A stretch of 64,000 bases of DNA from Lama glama (taxonomy: Eukaryota): positions 27,158,001 to 27,222,000 of the forward strand of contig CM052818.1 in assembly GCA_028534125.1 (NCBI GenBank). The letters run 5' to 3'. Under the pieces are notes generated by a model, which was not told the DNA's origin, searched no databases, and worked only from the letters and a program-made list of their open reading frames with translations. Below are positions 13,201-24,870 of the stretch, piece after piece (position 1 is the stretch's first letter; each line of letters begins with the position of its first letter). Both the position numbers and the translations under genes were made by a program.

Positions 13201-14123
13201 TTACAAATATATTTATTATATAACATGTGGAAAGTATGAGAACTCTCCAGGGACCAGGAGAAAAGAGAAATGAAAACCAGAAGAGTAAACAGGTGAGCTG
13301 GTGCTACAGAAGGCTGGGGAGAAGGGGCTGGGAAGGGGCTGTTAGTTTTAGTAATGTGGGGATTTAGGTTTTAACATTCACAGAGGGCAGGAGGTAAGAG
13401 CTAGGGTCTCCTAAAGATGCCTGACTGCCCAGTGTGTAGCCTGCTGCCTTGAAGGACTACAACTTCAAGAAGGAGGCGGATGAGGGGAGAATCCTACTCA
13501 GCAGCAGAAATGGCCTGGAACTCTGTCATCTTGGTTAGTCTCTAGGTAGAAAAAATAAATTGATTTTGAGAATTTATAATCATGTGAGCCCAAATTATAC
13601 TACCTGAGTTCAAGAAGAGCACAAAGTAGGAAATTTTTTTTTAAAAAGTCTCTTAGCCAGAGTCCCCAGGTTCAGAAGAAAAGCAGTCTGCCCTGGGAAC
13701 ACGTGCCTACAGTGCAGAGGGCACAGGTCACCGGCAGATTGAGTTAAAGGAAGGTAAGAACATAGGCCACAATTCTGCATCAGTTTCTTCCACTTCAGAG
13801 ATGTTTTTCTACAAGATTCTGCATTTTTCAAAATTCTGAAAAGAGGATCCAAATTCATTGTTATCTCTTTCACCTTTCAATGTTTCTTCTTGTTTCTGGC
13901 AGCCTGGAAATCCTGCCTTGGTTAATGTGGAAAATCGTGACAAGTGTATGTCATTGAGGATTTCTGAGTGTGAAATTAATGGACTCTTTCACTTTGCCAA
14001 ATACTAACGTGTCCTTTCGTAATCCTTCAGGTTAGGAAATGTTTTTGTTTTCTGAATTTCACTATGTGGTCTTCTTTTTGGCATTTTGTGATTACTTCAT
14101 TATTCGTGGTTGTAGATTTTCGT

Positions 14124-14335
14124 ATTTTTTTTTAACTGAAGTATAGTTGCTGTGCAATATTAAATTTTTCATAATTTCTAATTGTGAAAAAGCAAACAGT
14201 CCAATAAGTAGGCAAACAAATTAGCATACATCCATACAATAATTGTACAGGTGTACACTATAATGATTCACAAATTTTAAAGGTTATACTCCATTTATAG
14301 TTATAAAATATTGGCTATATTCCCTGTGTTGTAAG
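14124..14335 (-). mobile_element. Cetartiodactyl-type L1 3' end interrupted by a local templated insert
   Basis: tttaactgaagtatagttgctgtgcaatatta...[insert]...tacaggtgtacactataatgattcacaaattttaaaggttatactccatttatag. Confidence 0.75.
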
Positions 14336-15031
14336 GTCCTCCTATTTTTTATTAGCTTCTTTGAACTATTGTCATCTATTTGATTAATTGCCCAGAAGTT
14401 TGGGTTTGTAAGCATCCACCCGTATATCTGGAGTTCTTTGCAGCTCCACTCAACTTTTTACCAGCCTCATCTATGCTTTCCATTTCTTTTTAGTGTTTAC
14501 AGATTTGCACCTTCTTCAGGTATCATAACACATCCTGCTTTAACCATCATTAATTATTTTTTAAAGGTGTCCGTGCCTTTCATTCCTGACTTGTAAAGAA
14601 TATATTTTTGTTACTGTTGTTGTGACAAGACTACCACTACTTTGGGAATTTTCTACTCTAGGTTTCTGCTAACTTGTACTTCTTCAATATAGTGTAACAT
14701 AGTTTAACAAAAATTCAGTTTGGGGGGAGACTTGTTTACTGCTTTAGATACGCATATGGCTGGACAGTATTGTTTTTGTTCTTTCAGATGATTTTGCTTT
14801 TCAGTTGCAGTTCAAGTTTGGAGATGGTGTCCTCCATGACAGTAGTCCCCCAGAGGGCAAGGAGGGGAGTGAAAGCTGAGAAACAGTGTCTTGTGGGGGA
14901 GTGTTTAAGGTACTGGAGATGATCCACCTGAAAACCTGAGAACCCAAGAAAGCCTGAAGGGCCATCCCCAAATATCAGGATAGCAGAGAGGGAGAATAAT
15001 CGCAGAAGAAGTTCTAGCTTTAAGATGCAGA

Positions 15032-15128
15032 GGAAGGAGGTGGAGGTATAGCTCAGTGGTAGACTGCATGCTTAGCATGCATGGGATCCTGGGTTCAATC
15101 CCCAGCACCTCCATTAGGAAAAAAAAAA
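15032..15128 (+). mobile_element. Camelid Vic-1-type tRNA-Ala-derived SINE
   Basis: A-box region tagctcagtgg, anticodon arm catgc-ttAGCat-gcatg, B-box ggttcaatcc, poly(A) tail. TSD aagatgcaga at 15022-15031 and 15129-15138. Confidence 0.9.
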
Positions 15129-18089
15129 AAGATGCAGAAGAAAGTGTTAATTAGAACCATGCAACAACCAGATACATCATTGCAGATGGGGTGCATTTTG
15201 TCGCCGGGGTTTCAAGGATCACACACATGCTTCAAGCCCAGATCAAAACTTTGCTCCCTTTTAGACTTGCACAATACACATTCCATACTAGGAAGAAAAC
15301 AGAATAAGTGTGTGAATTATCTACATAGTTCTCTTAAAATTTAACTGATTTAATTATGAGATGAAGCTTGGAAATAGGGTGCCATTATATTTTATGCTAA
15401 TTTTTGTCTCATACCTTTAGGGAAAAATGATTTTCTGGGATGTTTCTAAGGTTCTTTTTATGCTTTAAATGTCCTTACCTTTGGGGCTTTATGTGTGGAA
15501 GAATAAGACAACCTTTGGACAAGTAGCTTTTATTTTCTGTCTACTTGTATGGATTAGTCATTGACATAGACGGTTAGAAAATATGAAGAGTATCTCATTT
15601 CTAAGAAACATAAATTCATCTGTATTGCATTTTTAATACATGTAGGTAGGATCAGTTCTTTGCTTTTGTCAACTCCTAAAGAAATTTGGTTATAGTTTCT
15701 AGACTAGAGAAATTTTCTCTTATAAAGAGAAATCATTATGTGAAAGCAGAACAAAGCAAAGCAGAAAGGAAAATAGCAAAACCCTGATCAGATGTCAGTT
15801 GTCTCACAGTTCCACCATGGGGCACTATTGAGTTTTGCAAGTTGCCCTTTCCACGGGCAGAAAGGGAGCCTTGAGATAAATGATCACCTGAAAGGCAACG
15901 CTTTGGTTTCTCATAAATGAATTGTGTGTTATGTATTTTTCTTAAGTGAAGACAACAAGTCCTCATCAAAGAGCTGAATATCTATCTGTTTAATCTCACT
16001 TCAAAAGTGCCACCATCTCCTGTTAAATGGTATCAGTTGGGCTGGAATTCTTCGGCGATGTGAACAAGCATAGGGAGATTTAAAAATACACAAGTGGTAT
16101 GCTAGCTGAAAAATTCTCTTCTAGGCTTTGCATCTGTGAGTTCTTTCAGTCATCAGATTATTTTTAAGTAGAACTTTGAGTCTTTTCAAATATCATGCTG
16201 TTTACCAATTTTAGGTTGAGATGTGGTATATAAATAACCTGTGAGTTCAGGTAATTGGTCAAGAGAGCAAACTGTTCAGCACTGTGTACGGAGATGGATT
16301 AATTTTTGGTTCTATTTTCTTTTAAAATTATTCTTTTATTATTAATGTATGTATTTAGGCATGAATTTTTCTTAATCACGTTTTTGTTTCCTTTTGGATG
16401 AAATAGCTCTTGTGTAAGAGCAATTTTGGAAAGAAAGGAGGAAAGTAAATGCGTTACACAAAGCACGTCTTCCTTCAGTTCTTACTGAGCTTAGAGTAGT
16501 ATGGCATTTGAGAGGACACTGGACTCAGACACACACTCGGGGATCTAAAGTATCCCAGAAGGAAAGCTACTAGGCTCCTGCTCGCCTGCACCCAGGGAAG
16601 GACAATGCTTTGCCTGCCAAGGCAACCACTTTGAACAGCGAATTCTCAAAGGTCTTGTCCCTTTGGCCTTAGAAGGTCATATGTCACTTTTATGTTGCTC
16701 TAGACATGCTGATCTCTGAGTGGTAGCATGGCTGCAATAGGGGAGATGTGTCTCCCCTCTAAAATGAGACCTCCTGGCACACAGGACGATGCCTTGATCA
16801 TTATTATACCCCAGCACAATGCCGGGAAGACAACAGCCATTGGAGAAGTGCTGGTTGCTGCATTACTCCTTCCGGGGGCTGGAATGGCTTGTGATTCCAG
16901 CCTCTCCATCGTTGCTATGTCACTATTTTCACCTGAGCACAATGCAGCTGGTCCTTACAGACCATCACACACATATACCAAGTAGAGCTAACTTAATGGG
17001 TCGAAAGAGAGCCAATGTTCTTTCTTTTAGGGATTTAAAAGCTGAAATGCTAACACTTTTAAAAGATTAAGCCCAATTTTTAATCATCCAAACTAGACTT
17101 TTTCTGGAATTACTATCAAGCTCATCTGTCCATTGCTTCTGTACAACCTTTTGGTCTCCCCTTTGAAGTTCAGGCTGCCTGTCTGTCCACGGCCTGAGAC
17201 ATTCCTCCCAAAGCCTGTGATCTTGTTAACACTTCCCTGAAGTGGCTTTGCTGTGGCCTTGATGGATTTCTTCTGCACTCTGGCGTATTACCTCCTTCTG
17301 CCTGTTGAGGGCGTGTTTTCCATTTTGAAAAAGAAGGACGACCAACTGCTCCCAGCTCGATGGACTGACTGCAGAGTCACACTGAGTTCTTCACGGTTTT
17401 CTGTTTCTCCCTCTTTTATCCTCTTCTCTTCCTTTCCTCACTTCTGTCCTCCAGTCTTTGGAATTACAGAGGATCTGATAGTCATATTTCAGTTTTTAGA
17501 TCAAGCCACACACTCTTTGAGAATATCTACCCCCTCTTTTCTCTAATTTATATTAAATTCTCTCAGGTTGCAAAGAATTTTTTTTCCTTGATCATAAAAG
17601 TAAAATCGGTTCGTTGGCAAATATTTAGAAAATAACAGGAGTACTGATCCCTAAAAAAAGTGTATTTGTATTCCTCAGAGGATTCTTTTTTGCATTTTGG
17701 GGTGTGTGTGTGTAAGTCCTGAGAATATGCCTTGTGCCTCCCCGTAGTCTTGTCTTTGTGGGGGTAGCAGAATACGAGGCCACATAAAAAGTCCCATGTA
17801 ACATTCTGTTTTCATATAAATATGTATAATCTACATACATTGTAATAGGATGATATTTTTGAAGTATTGATTAATTTTTTTCTCCTTATACTTTTTACTC
17901 CTGTCACCTTTCCCCTTTGCTTCATGGGAGGCTGTCATGGTGGTTCCAGATAACAAAGACTGTAAATTCTTGATTTTTAATTTCAAAAACTGTAGTCCAG
18001 GTGTGAGACTGAAGGATCAGGGAACATACATTGATCGCCTCAATTCTCCCCAGTGTCTCTACCCTTTCCCACTACAGATATGAGAACAT

Positions 18090-18640
18090 ATGGAAAAGGT
18101 TACGTTAGGAAATAGAAGAAAGATCCCAACAGCAGCAATAACAAAAATTATCAGGAAATTAACTTCAAAAGAAATGTACAGGACCAACATACAGAAAATT
18201 ATTGTAAAAATAACTGCTGAGCATCAGACAAAAGGAGTACATGTAGAGACATGCCTTGCTATTGGATGACAGAAAGACTTAATATTACAAAGATGTTCAT
18301 TCTCCCTAAATTAATTTGTCAAGTTTATGCAATTCTGATAAAAATCCCATCATGATTATTTGTGACATTTGATAATATGATCTCAAAGATTAAATGGAAG
18401 AATAAATATGCTGGGATGTTTAGGGAATTCTGTGTTGGGAGGGGTGAGAAAACTTGCTCCCATAAATATATTATGAAGCTATAATTTATACTTATATAAT
18501 ATAATCTATAATATAATATAACATAATTTATATTATAAAATGTATTATGTTAAAGTATTTGCAATGTGCTACTGGTGTGGGAATAAATAACCTGATCCAT
18601 GGAACAGAACTGAGATCAGAAATAGACTCCAAGGTATACT
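18090..18640 (+). mobile_element. Old L1 ORF2 fragment
   Basis: gaaagacttaatattacaaagatgttcattctccctaaattaat...atgcaattctgataaaaatccca...gatccatggaacagaactgag. Confidence 0.75.
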
Positions 18641-18699
18641 GAAGTTTTATTTCCCCAAGTTTACTGCAACAATTTCTCAATTTTATTTATTATAGTCCC

Positions 18700-19325
18700 C
18701 CTTCTTCTATCGTTAGCCTCCTTCTAGTCTTTCTCCTCAAAATATCTAGAATTATCGCCTAAAAACATAATAGAGTTATATAAACCTCTAGGTGAAGAGT
18801 TTTTGATGGTTTTCCACACAACTGAAATTAAATCCATATTCCTGCCCTGAATACTGGATCCACTAGTCCTGCTAACCTAATCTCATAGATGTCTGTCCAC
18901 GCTCAGCGTGTCCCAGCACTGGTCACTTTTTTTTTTTTCCCTCCAAGGAGCCAACTTGTTTTTCCCTTGGAGCCCTTGCATGCACGGCTCCTTCCACATA
19001 GTGTGCTTGTCCCCTGGCTCTTTGTGAGCTTGGCTCAGTCTCATGCTTTGACATCCAGCTTAAATTCAATGGGACATCCTTCAAGTAGTCTGCAAGAGGA
19101 AGCTGCCTTGAGCCTCCACCTCATCCTTCTCTCTCTGCATTGTATTTATTCCTTTCAAAGAACTTTGCAATTTGTAATTACTTGTTTGGCTGCTTATTGT
19201 CCTTTCACCATACTGTACGCTGCCCTGTATGGCAGGGACTGTGCTTCGCTCATCACTGTCCTTCTAGATTCTAGCACAGTGTCTGGCACAGTAGGCATTC
19301 AGTCAATATTTGTTGAGTGAAAGAA
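18700..19325 (+). mobile_element. L2 3' end
   Basis: ggcagggactgtg...ctagcacagtgtctggcacagtaggcattcagtcaatatttgttgagtgaa. Confidence 0.75.
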
Positions 19326-19899
19326 GGAACACAGACATAAATAACAAAGGTAGATTTTCAGATCAGCGGGGGTTATTGAAATAATATTTGGGCAACAGGA
19401 TAGCTCTTTAGAACAATGACAAAAAATAGCACTAACTCTATCTTCCTATGCAAAAATAAATCTAAGGTTGATCAAAGTTTTAAATTTGAATTATAAAACC
19501 ATAACATTTTATAAAGAAAACGTGAGTGGAAGTTACAGTTTTCCTGCAATAGTTGGTATACATCAAGTATCTGCAAGGAACATCTTGCTCTCTGTAACCC
19601 TGATGTAGATATGGTTGCTGCTAGACAGTGAGTCTGATGGCTGAAAATTATGATATAGTCAATATCATAAAGCTTTATGCTCTATTTATATCATGTCATC
19701 AGGATGAAAGGTGCAGTTTGTCATACATATCAGTGCCTTTTAAAATGTTATAAACAACCTGTCTACACATACCTTTGTTAGAAGAATGCTGTTGATACCC
19801 TAATAACTCACACAATATATAGCTTAGAAATGATTTTCTAATTCCTCACTTAAAAATGCCTACAGATTGCATTCTCTCTGAATATACATCAAATCATTA

Positions 19900-20580
19900 A
19901 TGACATGATTGATCATCAAGTATTTACTGAACACCTATCATATATCAGGCTCTGTACTAGATTCTGGGAATGCAACAATGAACAAAGTCCCTACTCTCCA
20001 GTAGGGGGAGCTAACATTCTAGAGGAGAGACAGGGATAATTAAAAAAAACAAGCACCTACATTTAAAACGTGTAGGGTGCTGACAAATGCAACGAAGAAA
20101 GATAAAGCTGAGAGGAAGAAGAAATAGGTATTGTTTGAAGGGGTGACATTAGAGTGGTCAGGAATCTCTGAAATGAGGTGAGAGCTGAACTAAGCCAAGA
20201 ACAACCAGAGAGAGAGCTCTGCAGGTATCTAGGGGACAAATGCAGAGGCTTCTAGTCGGGGGTTTTCACGATCTGGAAGGGGCCAGCTGGCCGGAGTGTA
20301 GACATTACAAGGGCTGGGGGGTGCATTATAAAGAAGGTCAGAGGGCTGAAGAAGCCAGATAGTGTAAGACCTTGTAATTCATTGTAAGGACTTTGGATTT
20401 TATTCTGAGTGGAATGGGAAGGAAGCCTTTGGAGGGTTCTAAGCAAAGAAGGGTTTTGTTCTGACTTAGTTTTAAAAGGACCACTCTAGTTGCGTGTGGA
20501 AGCAGGGACACCGGGTGGGATGCTGTTATAATTGTTCAGGTGAGAGATGACAGTGGTTGCACTGGGTGGTGGTAGGAAAT
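19900..20580 (-). mobile_element. L2 fragment
   Basis: aagtatttactgaacacctatcatatatcaggctctgtactag...aaggactttggattttattctgagt. Confidence 0.75.
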
Positions 20581-21439
20581 GGGACTGTTTTCCTGTGACT
20601 CAGCACACAAGGAGTAGGTTTGTCTTGAGTTATATATATGGTCTAATCCTGGAGGGATCCAGTACCACCCAATTGTCTGTCCCGGAATAGGTGTTCCTAG
20701 CCAAGAGCTCTTTCAGTGGGAAACACAGACTAATTAAACCAGGATTTATTATATGGCTTACTTTTATATCTCAGAATCTAGACATTGCCATGTTATTATT
20801 ACTAATAAAGAGTCGTGGCTATAAATTAGCATGACTTCATGAGGCAGTGCTTCCTTTAATACTGAAGAGTTGATGGAACTCTATTTAGAGCTGAGTTATA
20901 TGTAGAACACTAATCTTTGAGCAATGGCTTGATTTTCAACCCTCCATTGACATCATTGGGTTGCTTTGTTGCAATAAGGAATGAACACAAACAAATGTAA
21001 CTCTACGCCTAACAATGCAAGGCAACAACTGCATATAAACAAAGCTAAGCTCACTGTGGATTCTCAGTTAATTGTTGTGAATGACGACTGAGTGATGGAT
21101 TTTAGCATTTAAAAATGAACACATTCAAGTGCTGAGGACACTGTCATAAATTAGAGGACTTTGAATACCTCTAAGTTAATTTATTTTTTCTAATTTACTG
21201 CCAGGGAGTGGCTTAGGTGCAGAATGAATGAAGTGTTTTATTTTGCCTCTGCCTTCCATCTCTCTGCTATTTTTTTGAAGTTCACTTCAGTGCTAAGTTT
21301 GGCATCTTTTATTCCTTTCCAACATTCCCTCAACTCATTTACTAGTTGATTTTGGGGTAGTAACTTTTCTTAAAAAAATCATAGATTTGGGGGTGTCTTA
21401 TCCCTGCAGATAGGTCCTCTTGCTAAGGTTAATATTTCT

Positions 21440-21985
21440 TCTTTTTTTTTTTTTGATAGTTATAGCTTATATAAAGGAACGTTTACAGAGTTAAATAAAC
21501 CATACAACATGCAGAATTTTCAAATATGTAGATACTCTAACTACTACCCAAATTAAGATATATTTACAAAATCCCAAATAACCCCTGTGTACTCTGCTGG
21601 TTAGTACGCCACCAATGGAAATGATATTCTGCCTCCTAGCTCCATGGTTTTGCCTTTTTTTGCACTTCATCCAGATGAAATCATATAGTATGTATTCTTC
21701 TGAATTTGATTTCTTTTACTCAATATCATGTAAGTGATATTCATCCAAGTTGTCACATATAGCCGAAGTTCATTTTTTCCACTGCTCTTTGTTACTGCAA
21801 TATGTCAATATACCAGAGTGTATTTATCCATTGTGCTGTCGATGGACTTTGGCCACTTCCAGCTTTGGGCTATTATGAATAAAGCTGCTATGAACCTTCT
21901 CAGACATGTCTGATAGTAGACATGCATACTCACTTATGTTGACTCTGTACCTAGGAGTGGAATGCTAAGTCAGAGGGTCTGCATG
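21440..21985 (-). mobile_element. Old L1 3' region
   Basis: ttccagctttgggctattatgaataaagctgctatgaac...acctaggagtggaatgct. Confidence 0.75.
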
Positions 21986-22159
21986 CTGACTACTTTTTGC
22001 ACCAAGCAGTGCTTTTTAATACTGAACAAAGAACAAATTAGTTCCAGAGAGAAAATAGTACTTGGTGATTGTATATAAGGAATTTGATAGAATATTTAAC
22101 TGAACTACTTGGAATTGTTTGCTTGGATATTATTTTCCTTTTATAAAAGGCAGTGAGGA

Positions 22160-22888
22160 ATCACAATGAGATATTACCTCACACCCTGAATATGGCCACA
22201 ATCAAAAAACCCAGAAAATGACATGTGTTGGCAAGGATGTGGAAAAATTGGAACCTTTGTGTACTGTTGGTGGGAATGTAAAATGGTGTCACTGCTATGG
22301 AAAACAGTATGGAGTTTCCTCAACAAATTAAAAATAGAACTACTATATAATCCAGCAATTCCACTTCTGGGTAAATACTCCAAAGAATTGAAAACAGGAT
22401 TACTGTTCATTGCCACATTATTCATAATAGCCAAGAGGTAGAAGCAACCAAAATGTTCATGGACAGATGAATGAATCAAGAAAATGCAGTATATACATAT
22501 GGTGGAATATTATTCAGCCATAAAAAGAAGGAAATCCTATCAAATGCTACAACTGGATGCACCTGGAGGACATCATGCCAAGTGAGATAAGCCAGTCACA
22601 AAAATACAAAGCAGATTCCACTTCACTGGAAGTACTTAGAACAGTCAAAATCACAGAGACAGAAAGTAGAAAGATGGTTGCCAGAGGCTGGGGAGGTGGG
22701 GGTGGGGGAAGACAAGTTGTTGTTCAATGGACAACAGTATTATAGAGTTTCTGGTTTTGCATATGAAAAAGTTCTAGCTCCCTGGTGCATAACAATGTGC
22801 ATATGGTTAATACTTCTGCACTGTACATTTAGAAATGGTTAAGATGGTAAACAAAAAAGATAGATGTTATTTTTTAAAAAAAACAAAC
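22160..22888 (+). mobile_element. 5'-truncated L1 (L1MA/MB-like): ORF2 C-terminus plus 3' UTR
   Basis: ORF 22223..22441 CWQGCGKIGTFVYCWWECKMV...KIELLYNPAIPLLGKY matches the L1 ORF2 Cys-rich C-terminus; the 3' UTR ends aaatggttaagatggtaaa followed by an A-rich tail. Confidence 0.9.
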
Positions 22889-24021
22889 ACCTTGTAGTTT
22901 TGATTGAAAAATATTCCTCTCTGGTTTCAGGCAAACCTGTCTCAAGGAAATAAAATGCAGACTGGACTCTATTAGATTTACATGTTTTGTATGTTTCTGT
23001 AGAACATAAATGTATTCACTCACATAGGCTTCTCTGCTCCCTTGTTACCAACATGAATGGTTTGAGAGAAAATAAAATCCTTGAAATTGAATAAAATTAT
23101 ATAAGTAATTTTTAAAAGGCAGTGAGGAGTGATTGCTGGTCTAGAGAGAATAAGAACTTATAAGTACGAGACACTTATCCTCTAGCTCTGGTTAAATGCA
23201 TCTATTTTTGTATTTCTGATCTTTGTCTGAAACAAAAAACCCTGAAGTTACAGTGACTCACAAAGAACTGCAGTGAAGCAGTAAGTCCGTGACCTAGCTC
23301 GTTGCAGGTTGTCAGTAGACGTGATGGAGTGGAAGGACCTCTTGACAACAGCTGTGCTGGTTCTAAAGGCCCTGCCCCTCCGAACACAGTGCTGCCTCCA
23401 TGGGCGGGAACCGCTGCCTGCAGCTCTGCCCTGGGCACCAGAGCTTTAGGAGCAAAGCTGAGGCTTTAGCAAGATATCATACCTTCCCCCAGATGGTCAT
23501 GAGCGTAGGTAAGCCAGAGGGCATTGGAGGCACGCAATTGTTGTGAAGGGCAGGCTTACCAGCCGAGGATATTACTGGCCCTTTGTTGTTCTAACCCCAG
23601 CTTCCTGAGTTGACCTTCTTTGAAAATAGAATGGGTTATTCTGATGCTCGGAAGAGCTTCTATTTACTGTTAAGGAATTTGTGAGTTATTTTTTACCTCT
23701 TTGGGGGCAGGAGCTTTTGGGTTGGTCTTGGGCAGTCTTTGACCTTGGGCCACACACTGCCTGCCCTGCCCTTGCCGTAGGGCCCAGGATCTAATTTCAG
23801 AGTCAAAGATTGGAATGCTGCCTCCATTTTGCTGCTTCCTAAATAGACCCAGATAACAGCAGTGTCACAGCTAAAATAAGAAGTCTCATTTTTCTCATGG
23901 ATACTCTAGTTTTCATCACAGCAGATAATCAAAATTATAATTATACACTTTCCATATGACTAAATAAAACTATTTTATTTAGAATGAAAAATAGTGTAAG
24001 CATTTTTAATGACTTTCCCTG

Positions 24022-24125
24022 AATTTCTTTTTCTTTTTCTCTTTCTTCCTCTCTTTCCTCTTTTTCTTTCTTTCTCTCTTCCTTCTTTCTTTCTCTCTTT
24101 CCTCTTTCTCTCTGCCCCACCTCTC
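24022..24125. repeat. Polypyrimidine (CT/CTTT)n low-complexity tract
   Basis: ~90 nt of almost exclusively C/T. Confidence 0.9.
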
Positions 24126-24144
24126 TTAAATACCAATTGAGTCC

Positions 24145-24380
24145 ATTTGGAGCAGAGGTCTAGAGTTTGAACTCCAGAATCAGACAATCCCAGCTGGGCT
24201 CTCACTGGCTGTGTATCTCTCAGAAACCTCTTACTGCCTCAATGCATCTTTTCTCCTGTTTTTATAAAATAGAAATGATAATGGCATATCCCTTAGTGTT
24301 GCTGTGATGATCGCATGAGATGTTTTGTGCCTGGCTTGTAATAAATACTTGATAAATGTTAGCTACTAGTTATTACTAAT
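24145..24380 (+). mobile_element. MIR SINE
   Basis: gagtttgaactccagaatcagac...taaaatagaaatgataatggc...aaatgttagctact. Confidence 0.65.
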
Positions 24381-24684
24381 ATGCTGGGGCCGTATGGAGT
24401 AAGTAATAACAACAAGAACATTTATTTGAAGTAAGAAAAAAAGGAAGACACTCATAAAAGCAATCAAGAAGCTAAAGATGATGGCAAAAATATTGGAAAA
24501 GATCTTGAAACTTCGCAAATTTAATCTTGGGAAAGAAGCAAAAAGTAGGAAAATATAACTTTAGTCAATGAAACAGCAAAAATTAGTTTAGGGCATAAGC
24601 CACAACAGGGGAATTTCCCTAGCCATGAGCAGCGTTTGTGCTGCTAAGACCGTTTTTTAGGAGACTACATTTCTTTAAAGTATA

Positions 24685-24870
24685 TTGGAGATCAGAAAAA
24701 TCTTGAGTTTACGAATCACCTGGCCCAACACAATCATTCTACAGATAAAGAGCCTGGGCAGGGTTCCAAGAGATTAAGCACCTTGCCTGAGGTTACATCT
24801 CCTGATGGCAGAGCTGGACTGGAACTTTGGTGCCCTGATTAGAGCCCAGGGGGCCATTCTGCTGGAGTAC
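24685..24870 (-). mobile_element. MIR SINE
   Basis: cattctacagataaagag...agagattaagcaccttgcctgaggttaca...ggcagagctggactggaac. Confidence 0.65.

Noticed and set aside
15040..15113. tRNA-Ala(AGC) gene
   Set aside because: Poly(A) tail, TSD, no oligo-T terminator directly after it and a second related copy at 58576 indicate a SINE.
16700..17546. Possible processed pseudogene (overlapping ORFs in non-repeat DNA)
   Set aside because: No recognisable parent protein, poly(A) tail or TSD.
23975..24205. Lys/Arg/Glu-rich 76-aa ORF
   Set aside because: Translation of the purine strand of the CT-rich low-complexity tract.
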